From the IMG/VR virus record IMGVR_UViG_3300009657_000001, positions 1-64,000 of that record: a DNA stretch of 64,000 nt; one strand, given 5' to 3'. This DNA comes from a virus. Below the pieces are notes generated by a model. It did no database searches. It worked only from the letters and a program-made list of their open reading frames with translations, and was not told the DNA's origin. Positions 17,196-24,526 of this stretch are shown here, piece by piece. Both the position numbers and the translations under genes were made by a program. Within the stretch, counting starts at the first letter, position 1. Every line of letters begins with the position of its first letter.

Positions 17196-17604
17196 ATTAC
17201 AGTTTAAAATTCGTCTTCTTGAAGAAGAATTGCGAATTCAAGGCAAAGAACTCCAAACAGCACTTGACAAGATCGACGAACTCAAAGAACTGATGTGTGT
17301 CAAAACCGTTCTCGTTTTACCAATTGAGTGGGGTTTATCACCAACAGAAACAAAGGTTTTGCGCATTATAATGCGACGCGAAATTGTTTCGCGGCAAGAA
17401 GTTTATAATTTTGTATATGACGTACATTCAAGTAATCCACCGGCAGAAAGAACAGTTGACGCTCATATTTGCCATATACGACGAAAATTCAAACGTGCTG
17501 GTGTACCGGTGGTAATTGAAACACGCTTTGGGTTGGGTTTTACCACAGACAAAGAGAGCAGGGACTACCTTATGCAATTTCTAAAAGAGGAAACAGGGCA
17601 ATGA
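17146..17604 (+). CDS. Coiled-coil plus OmpR/PhoB-type winged-helix DNA-binding protein, paralog 2
   Basis: The N-terminal heptads read LQFKIRLLEEELRIQGKELQTALDKIDELKEL. The C-terminus reads EWGLSPTETKVLRIIM...VDAHICHIRRKFKRAGVPVVIETRFGLGF and aligns with the 15405 product. The start could instead be 17170. Confidence 0.65.
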   Translation: MNQCLEPLMHQQQTVNELQFKIRLLEEELRIQGKELQTALDKIDELKELMCVKTVLVLPIEWGLSPTETKVLRIIMRREIVSRQEVYNFVYDVHSSNPPAERTVDAHICHIRRKFKRAGVPVVIETRFGLGFTTDKESRDYLMQFLKEETGQ

Positions 17605-18578
17605 CATTCAAACCTGATATCGTGTACTACCATTATCCATGTTCTGATGGCCTAACATCGGCAGCCGTTGTCTACAGTTACTACGGACCTGGCGCTGGAA
17701 TCGAATTCATTCCGCTTGACTATGGCAATCCACGCAACGTGCAAGAACACATTGATGAGTGTCGAGATAAAACTATATTGATGGTTGACGTCTCATTCAA
17801 GAGTAACAAGAAGGTCAATGATCTTGAAAAGGTCGCACAATCCGCCAACCAAATCGTGATCATTGATCATCACGCTGGTGTGTATGAAGACTTACAGCAA
17901 TATGATGCTGGTACATATATTGCGATTGAGAATTTTGAGAAAATGGTTGGAGATCAAAAGATTGCGTTGATCTTTGACAACAGTCATTCCGGCGCTGGTC
18001 TTGCTTGGTCGATCTTCAACCAAGATAAATCCGTACCAGAGTTTATCAAATACATTGAGCATATCGATCTTGGACGTTCGTCTCTGCCGAATGCTGCACA
18101 ATTTCGCTCGTGGTCCCGTTCACTCCCGTTTAGTATTCCGGAGATTGCAAAAGCAATCAAGATATACCAAACCTTTGATGATCTCGAAGTCGCCTTCGAA
18201 GGTGGTAAAGCCATAGAGCAGTTTGTGCGAACACGCATCGATGTTATCAAAGAACAGGTCCGCTATCTGAAATTCGATGGTTACAAAGACATTCCGTACG
18301 TGATTTCGGATTACGCGTTTGCATCCGAAGCGGCCAATGTCTTCTTGTCGGACGATCATCCGATGGCACTTGTGTTCTTCTTTACCAAAACCGGTCTAGG
18401 CGCGTCTCTGCGATCAACCGATGAAGTAGACGTATCCGAATTTGCAAAGAAGTTCGGTGGCAATGGACACAAGCGTGCTGCGGGTTTCAATATTCCCTGG
18501 ACCGATCTTCCAGCTTTCATTGAAAGCTTTGAGGCGTTTGGAAATCCTATTTTCGGCAATATGTTTCTGGAGCAGTAA
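17601..18578 (+). CDS. DHH/DHHA1 phosphoesterase (NrnA/RecJ-like)
   Basis: Motif I is HYPCSDGLTSA, motif II LMVDVS, motif III VIIDHHAG, and the DHHA1 motif is GGNGHKRAAGF. The start forms an ATGA overlap with the upstream gene. Confidence 0.75.
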   Translation: MTFKPDIVYYHYPCSDGLTSAAVVYSYYGPGAGIEFIPLDYGNPRNVQEHIDECRDKTILMVDVSFKSNKKVNDLEKVAQSANQIVIIDHHAGVYEDLQQYDAGTYIAIENFEKMVGDQKIALIFDNSHSGAGLAWSIFNQDKSVPEFIKYIEHIDLGRSSLPNAAQFRSWSRSLPFSIPEIAKAIKIYQTFDDLEVAFEGGKAIEQFVRTRIDVIKEQVRYLKFDGYKDIPYVISDYAFASEAANVFLSDDHPMALVFFFTKTGLGASLRSTDEVDVSEFAKKFGGNGHKRAAGFNIPWTDLPAFIESFEAFGNPIFGNMFLEQ

Positions 18579-18581
18579 TCA

Positions 18582-19097
18582 ATGACACAGCAGACAAAGA
18601 CAATTATTCACGTTCGCTCAAAGGACAAGAATCAAGAAAACAACAAGGCGCTTGAGAAGAAGTTTCAAGACGCTCTGAATGGATTTGCATCCCCGATTGT
18701 TGTTACACAGGATGACATTTCTGTAACGGTGATGCAAACGGAAGCACCTGTAGTACAAGTCAATGGTTTCTACATTGCCAAGATTGCGTACAACGCAGCA
18801 CGTCAGGTTGATGCTGACGTGAGACCGCTGATTCCTTATTGGGAAAACATAACACCAATTGAACGAACTATTCTTGATCAACTGGTGACATTTCTGAATC
18901 AGAATACCAATGCTACGTTGCAACAGATGTTTGAATTCTGGTGGGACCGTATGACAGAAAACGGATGGACCACTGGTGACTATGATCCTGTTGATTTGCA
19001 CCATCCCGATCTGGGCGCTGTTCTTGACAAGGATAACGCAAAGACATTGAAGTATCGTATCTTGAAACAGGCGATTCTGTCGGCATTTCCCGAATAG
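18582..19097 (+). CDS. Hypothetical protein, possible RyR-like domain
   Basis: The segment FEFWWDRMTENGWTTGDYDPVDLHHPDL resembles the W...GW..G....HP.L core of bacterial/phage RyR domains. The similarity is weak. Confidence 0.5.
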   Translation: MTQQTKTIIHVRSKDKNQENNKALEKKFQDALNGFASPIVVTQDDISVTVMQTEAPVVQVNGFYIAKIAYNAARQVDADVRPLIPYWENITPIERTILDQLVTFLNQNTNATLQQMFEFWWDRMTENGWTTGDYDPVDLHHPDLGAVLDKDNAKTLKYRILKQAILSAFPE

Positions 19098-19102
19098 TAA
19101 AA

Positions 19103-19162
19103 TTGGCCACGGTAAAATATCTTCGGAAGCTAAGAGCTAAAGAGGGTGTTTACCGTGGCCAA
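19103..19162 (+). promoter_or_regulatory. 14-bp perfect inverted repeat enclosing the promoter motif, RBS and GTG start of the downstream gene
   Basis: TTGGCCACGGTAAA (19103-19116) pairs with TTTACCGTGGCCAA (19149-19162). The 32-nt loop contains AAAGAGGGTG, which is the RBS plus the GTG at 19146. Confidence 0.6.
19110..19121 (+). promoter_or_regulatory. Phage promoter-like motif CGGTAAAATATC
   Basis: It ends 25 nt upstream of the GTG at 19146 and forms part of the left arm of the inverted repeat. Confidence 0.45.
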
Positions 19163-19961
19163 GTCGTTTGTGGTACGATCTATTCTAGGTTTGGGCATTA
19201 CGTCCGTAACCGATTTTGTGCGTTTGATGGGTAAGTATAAAGTTGCGCGGGATGCTGGTATTGACTACGTCACTGCGGCGACCTTTACACTTCCCAAGAA
19301 AAAGAATTTGCTTGTGTTCGATTCGGTTAAACAAGTGATTCGTTTTTCACCATATCTTAAACCAGACATGGTTATTGTTGTGTCGGACACACCTGTTATT
19401 CTCAAAGAGATTGCAGGGATCATTCCGTTGGACTATTCAAATGAGCGTTCATTTGAATTCAATTTCAAAGAGATTGATCCCCACGAAGTGCTGCGAGTAC
19501 TCAAGAGCAACAAAACGCGCGTTGATTGCAAGCTGGTGAGCCACGATAACTTGGGCTACCACGTCAACCGCATCAAAGGCACAGGGGAGTTGCTCAACAG
19601 TTACGTTGCATTAACGTCCAGTATGCCCTTCGACAAGCGCTCTGTGATGCGTGAAGCAACAGTGAAGTTCTTCACCGCGAAGAAAGCCAACGTGACGATC
19701 ATTACCGATGCAATTACAAAGATCGGTAAGAACTACGCGTTTGGTCGAGACATTGATAGCTTTTTGGAGAAGCTCAACAAACAGTACAAAGATTACTTTG
19801 ATGCTGTGGTATCAAAAGATGCTGCTGCAATTGCTGCAAAGAAACACAACGTGGATGCTTATGCAGTCTCCTATTTCCGAAAAATAATGTTGCAAAAAAC
19901 ACTCAACGACGAACGAATCAGGAAGCACAATGTCGAGTTCAAGCAGTCTAAAACAGCATAG
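19146..19961 (+). CDS. Hypothetical protein
   Basis: 271-aa ORF with a GTG start after the RBS AAAGAGG. I recognised no motif. Confidence 0.6.
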   Translation: MFTVAKSFVVRSILGLGITSVTDFVRLMGKYKVARDAGIDYVTAATFTLPKKKNLLVFDSVKQVIRFSPYLKPDMVIVVSDTPVILKEIAGIIPLDYSNERSFEFNFKEIDPHEVLRVLKSNKTRVDCKLVSHDNLGYHVNRIKGTGELLNSYVALTSSMPFDKRSVMREATVKFFTAKKANVTIITDAITKIGKNYAFGRDIDSFLEKLNKQYKDYFDAVVSKDAAAIAAKKHNVDAYAVSYFRKIMLQKTLNDERIRKHNVEFKQSKTA

Positions 19962-20859
19962 TGAAATTCGGTATTCGGCGGAATTGTCGTCCGCCGAAAT
20001 CTGGAAAGTGTTGATTGCACTGTTGTATGAAGCGGCTGCGCCTTTGGCGATTTATGGTGACATGGCAATCGAAACCGGTTTGTCATGTCTCGCGTTATCC
20101 ACCAACAACCGTCGAAAGATATCGGAAGACAACTCCGAGCAGTTTATCTCCGATATTTTTTATGAATTGTCGCTCCGTGTAACGGATGACCGCCAAGAAT
20201 CACGTTTGAGCTTGCTCAAATACATCTTGAACCGTGGTGTTGAGCGTAATGTGATTGTTGACCACATTGTGTTTTCTCTTTCGACGGCACAGTTTCCGAA
20301 CTACATCGATCGTGGTAAGCTGCGACAGTTTGTGTCTGATTACCTGCAAGACTATGCACGCTTTAAGCAAGACGTGGTGTTTCGGTACTACAACTTTGCT
20401 GAATCGCACGCAAACAAGAACCAACGTGCGAAATCAAATCACGGTTTGAAAACCTCCAAAAGTGATATGCTCAACGTATACATCATTTCGTTGAGTCGTG
20501 CCATTGATCGTTTTATTCCGACCAAAGGAACGCTTACATCCTACATCGAACAGTGGTTCCAGAATGCAAAGGGATCATCGGATTATGTAGTGTACGACGG
20601 AGAAGCACTTAGCGTTAATCGCACCGTGCGTCGTACCTTGCAAGAAGGTGGGATGAACCTTAACACGAAGGCGATTCCGCTGGAAGATCGTGAAAACACG
20701 ATCCCAGATGAGTTTAACACCGAAGAGAAGATGAATTCGACGTATGCAAGTTTTGCACGGCATGTTGCACGACTTCCGAATTCAACGATTATCTTTCTGG
20801 CGTTGAACTTGCCGTACATACTCACCAAAGAACATATTGATAGGCTCAAAGACAAATGA
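19930..20859 (+). CDS. Divergent sigma-70-family-like factor (region 2-like segment)
   Basis: DMLNVYIISLSRAIDRFIPTKGTLTSYIEQWFQNA resembles sigma regions 2.1-2.3 (DL.Q.g...L..A...fd...g..f.tYa...i). This rests on motif recognition only. Confidence 0.45.
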   Translation: MSSSSSLKQHSEIRYSAELSSAEIWKVLIALLYEAAAPLAIYGDMAIETGLSCLALSTNNRRKISEDNSEQFISDIFYELSLRVTDDRQESRLSLLKYILNRGVERNVIVDHIVFSLSTAQFPNYIDRGKLRQFVSDYLQDYARFKQDVVFRYYNFAESHANKNQRAKSNHGLKTSKSDMLNVYIISLSRAIDRFIPTKGTLTSYIEQWFQNAKGSSDYVVYDGEALSVNRTVRRTLQEGGMNLNTKAIPLEDRENTIPDEFNTEEKMNSTYASFARHVARLPNSTIIFLALNLPYILTKEHIDRLKDK

Positions 20860-21809
20860 TTACTGCCATCGGCGATCTTCATATTGAAAAGCTTGAACAT
20901 ATCATCCCTGGAGCATACAAGAAGATACTCTCGACTTTTGATCGTGTTGTCGAGCGCGAGATTGAGAATGGTGCATCTGCTATTGTCCAGCTTGGGGATG
21001 CTTTTCACACAGCCTATCCTGACCAGATTTATACGTCAGCGTTTCTCGAAAGTATTGTGCGTGCCAACAAGATTCCGATTTTCCTGATTCCTGGAAATCA
21101 TGATTATGACGATCCGAAGCACTACGCGCTGCGCACACTGCGTTACTTGTTTCGCATTGGCTTGCTGAAAGGAAAGGTCTTTCTCAAGCCTGAAGTGATC
21201 ACTATCGACGGTGATAAATATCTGTTTTGTCCACATCCGCATGTCGTCAATGATCCCCCAAAAGGCGTGCGTATGTGCTTTGGGCATTTCGGTTACGAAG
21301 GCGCGCGCGGTGACAATGGCTACATCATCAAGTCTGGAAACGCACCACGCGGGCGCTGGACACTCGGAGACTATCATACAGCACAACGCGGAAAGAACTA
21401 CGCCTATCCAGGTTCTCTCACGCAAGTTGGGTTTCACGAAGACCCAAAGAAGTACATCATTCGGCTCACTGACAAGACTGAAATGACACGTATTTCACCA
21501 GATTTGAAGCTTGGTCGTGCGACAATCAACTCCGAAGCTGATTTTGAAGCTCTTGATACAGACACATATTGGTCTGTGAACATTTCAAGTAAATTTAAAC
21601 TCCCACCTGACTGGGCCGTAAAGTATCCTCATATCGTTCGGCATCACACCGAAAAGGATACAAACAAGCGCCAGCGTGTTTTGATGCAGCAAGTTGCGTC
21701 TGAAAACCCACTCGAAGGTTTTCGTGATTACTTGTTGGATGAAGGTTTGAGTCAGAAAGAAACAAACCGTACGCTGCAACTGTTGGGTGTTAAGGAATGT
21801 TCAAACTAG
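20856..21809 (+). CDS. sbcD: SbcD/Mre11-family nuclease
   Basis: Metallophosphoesterase motifs are GDLH, QLGDAFH, IPGNHD and GHFGY. The start forms an ATGA overlap with the upstream gene. Confidence 0.8.
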   Translation: MITAIGDLHIEKLEHIIPGAYKKILSTFDRVVEREIENGASAIVQLGDAFHTAYPDQIYTSAFLESIVRANKIPIFLIPGNHDYDDPKHYALRTLRYLFRIGLLKGKVFLKPEVITIDGDKYLFCPHPHVVNDPPKGVRMCFGHFGYEGARGDNGYIIKSGNAPRGRWTLGDYHTAQRGKNYAYPGSLTQVGFHEDPKKYIIRLTDKTEMTRISPDLKLGRATINSEADFEALDTDTYWSVNISSKFKLPPDWAVKYPHIVRHHTEKDTNKRQRVLMQQVASENPLEGFRDYLLDEGLSQKETNRTLQLLGVKECSN

Positions 21810-24013
21810 AATCTCTACAACTCAGTTCGTTTCACTTGTGGGACGATCTGGAGTTTACATTTGAAGAAGGTATTACGTTCATCAACGGACGCAATCGAAG
21901 TGGTAAATCGCTGCTTATGTCACCGATCCCCGCGATTTTGTATGACGTTGATCCAATCCCGACAAATTCGCGGGCTGTTCTGTCTTTGACGTCGGATCAA
22001 CATGAACTTGATTTTACTGTTTTCAATCAATCTGGAAAACGCAACAAATTTGAAATCGCAATCGACGGTCGCGATCAAAAGACAGAAACCATCAATGCAG
22101 GACGAACCCTGATTGACGAGCATTTCTGTGCGCACATCCAATATTCGTTGTTTGAAACAACGGTGTCTATCTCCGGCCTTGCAGAGCATCCGCTCGCTAA
22201 GAAAGGGTCTAAACCGTCTCAACGTCTCGATTGGGTGCATGAAACACTGGCGTATGCCAGTGTACTCGATTCCTATTTGGAAGATGTTGAAAAGAAGCTG
22301 AAACACACGCGCGATGACGCCGTTCGCTTCAATCTCCTCAAAGACCAACTTAACAAGCTTGAAACGGTTGAAAAGCCAACCAGCGATCCTGATAAGATCA
22401 AAGGACGACTCACCGTTTTGAATGGTGAAATCAAAGAGTTAGAACGCAAAAAGCGTCTTGTTGAGCAAGCGCTCGAACTAGATACCAAACGCGTTCAAAA
22501 GCCCGATCTTTCGTTAGAAGAAGCACAACAAAAGCTCAAAGCGCAAGAAGCAATCGTACGACAACAAAATGCATTGAAACCGCTTTTTGAATCATACGAA
22601 GAAGACTTGGCAAAGTACAAGAAGCATCAGAAGAACATCGATGCTGCAAAGGGTGTGTACAAAACGGCGTGTGAGTCTGCCAAGCTTAAAGCGCAAAACC
22701 CATCAACAGTGGAAGACTCTTTGGGTGACGATATTCGAGCGTTGCAACAACGTATCAAGCGTGCCATTTCAAACAACGCGCAATACGAACAGGAAGCCGA
22801 AGATCGTGATCTTGCACAATCCGATCATGAGGTATCCTGCAACAGTGAGAAAGAATTTACCAAACGCATCAATGATTTGCGTGAAACGATTGCGATCAAC
22901 TCCAGTCAGTTGAAGTTTATTAAAGGCGATAAACGCAATTGCCCAATGTGTGGTAGTAACAAATCGCACATGCACGATGCACAATCGATTGAACGCGAAC
23001 GGGATAAAGCAAAGAAACGTCTTGAAAGCATCGAATACGATTACAGTGTTTGGCAGGCACGACAGAAAACCTACGTCGAATACATTGACGTTGAGAAGCT
23101 TGAAAAGCGCGTTGAAAAGCTCACCAATGTCATTGCCGCCGCCGAAGCGTACAACAACTTGGTAAATCGTCGTATTGATGAACCAGAACAAGTTGACTTT
23201 GATGTTGATAAGCTCAAGAAAGCCAAAAATCGCGTTGAGTTCTACAGCAATGCTGTGATTGAAGCAAAAGCCTACACAGCATCAAAGAAGATTGCCGTTC
23301 CAGACAACAACGAATACGTCAGTTGGAAGAAGACGGATTTGCGCGCTTTGGAAGTCGATCTCGACAAAGAGCTTCGACAGAAATCAAAGCAACACAGTGA
23401 ACTCAGTGAGAAACTGATTACTGTGAAAACCAACGCAGCTTTGTATACCAAATACATCGGTTCGCGGCGTGAATTGATTGAGGCTGCAAAACCGCTGAAA
23501 CAAGCTAATTCTGATAACCGTTTGCTGCAAATCGCCAAGAAAGGTTTGGGGCGTGACGGGTTTAGAACAAAGCGTCTTGAGAAGACACTTGAATTGTTTG
23601 TTCACAACCTAAACGAATTTGCTCCGTTAATTTGGGACGAACCGTTCAAATTTGAGATAGAAACAGGCCCAAGAAAATGCGATGTGGTTGTGCATCGTAA
23701 CAACAAGTACGGAACAACATCAACCTTTTCAGGTTCCGAGAAACGGTGTTGGCAAGCACTCGCAGCACTCGCAATGCTGCGGCTTCTTCCGAGCAACCGT
23801 CGATGCGATACCATCATTCTCGATGAGCTTGATGCAAACATGGACATGACTGGGCGTGCAAAGTTGATCCAGGATTTCATCCCAGAACTACGCAAAACCG
23901 TTGACAAGATCATAGTCGTGAGTCCGTTGACGAAGAAAGAGCTTGGTATCACACCAGATAGAGCATTTCTGGTTGAAAAGAGACGCGCAAAGAGCCGTCT
24001 TATTACACTCTAG
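21797..24013 (+). CDS. sbcC: SbcC/Rad50-family ATPase
   Basis: Walker A is NGRNRSGKS. There are long coiled coils with a central CPMCGS zinc hook. The signature motif is FSGSEKRC and Walker B is TIILDELD. Confidence 0.85.
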   Translation: MFKLESLQLSSFHLWDDLEFTFEEGITFINGRNRSGKSLLMSPIPAILYDVDPIPTNSRAVLSLTSDQHELDFTVFNQSGKRNKFEIAIDGRDQKTETINAGRTLIDEHFCAHIQYSLFETTVSISGLAEHPLAKKGSKPSQRLDWVHETLAYASVLDSYLEDVEKKLKHTRDDAVRFNLLKDQLNKLETVEKPTSDPDKIKGRLTVLNGEIKELERKKRLVEQALELDTKRVQKPDLSLEEAQQKLKAQEAIVRQQNALKPLFESYEEDLAKYKKHQKNIDAAKGVYKTACESAKLKAQNPSTVEDSLGDDIRALQQRIKRAISNNAQYEQEAEDRDLAQSDHEVSCNSEKEFTKRINDLRETIAINSSQLKFIKGDKRNCPMCGSNKSHMHDAQSIERERDKAKKRLESIEYDYSVWQARQKTYVEYIDVEKLEKRVEKLTNVIAAAEAYNNLVNRRIDEPEQVDFDVDKLKKAKNRVEFYSNAVIEAKAYTASKKIAVPDNNEYVSWKKTDLRALEVDLDKELRQKSKQHSELSEKLITVKTNAALYTKYIGSRRELIEAAKPLKQANSDNRLLQIAKKGLGRDGFRTKRLEKTLELFVHNLNEFAPLIWDEPFKFEIETGPRKCDVVVHRNNKYGTTSTFSGSEKRCWQALAALAMLRLLPSNRRCDTIILDELDANMDMTGRAKLIQDFIPELRKTVDKIIVVSPLTKKELGITPDRAFLVEKRRAKSRLITL

Positions 24014-24022
24014 GAGAGAACG

Positions 24023-24481
24023 ATGAAGTTTTCCTACAATTTCGCTATCACCCCAACGATGTACAATCGAAAGTACGCCAAGAACAAGATCACTGCTGAC
24101 ACACTGTCGATTCAGATCGATCTGGAAAGTGATGAACCTGTACATGGTGGTAGTTTGCAGAACATCGCTGAAGAGGTACGTGAAGCTCTGCACGGTGCAA
24201 CCATCGTGCATGTAAACGATCCGATCATGGTTGATTTGCTTGAACCCAAATCGGGGAACACGGTTCATAACCGTCTCAATGAACTCAAAGCAACTGTGCT
24301 TGAACTGCCTGTTTTTCTGGGACTGACAACACCCCCAGAAACGAAGAATGGTCTTCGCCTTGTGGTATTCCCGTCTGTTGATGACGTAACGCTTGAAGGT
24401 TTGGCACACTGGATCAAGCGTTCTTACTCCAATTTGAGCGCGGTATCGATCACGGATGGATCTCTCATTGTTGAAGTGTAA
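24023..24481 (+). CDS. Hypothetical protein
   Basis: 152-aa ORF with RBS AGGAGAG. Confidence 0.6.
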   Translation: MKFSYNFAITPTMYNRKYAKNKITADTLSIQIDLESDEPVHGGSLQNIAEEVREALHGATIVHVNDPIMVDLLEPKSGNTVHNRLNELKATVLELPVFLGLTTPPETKNGLRLVVFPSVDDVTLEGLAHWIKRSYSNLSAVSITDGSLIVEV

Positions 24482-24493
24482 CCGTAAAGTACA
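24482..24493 (+). promoter_or_regulatory. Phage promoter-like motif CCGTAAAGTACA
   Basis: It ends 34 nt upstream of the ATG at 24527. Confidence 0.5.
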
Positions 24494-24526
24494 ACATAAC
24501 GAAAACGTAAAGAAGGAAAGTGCATA

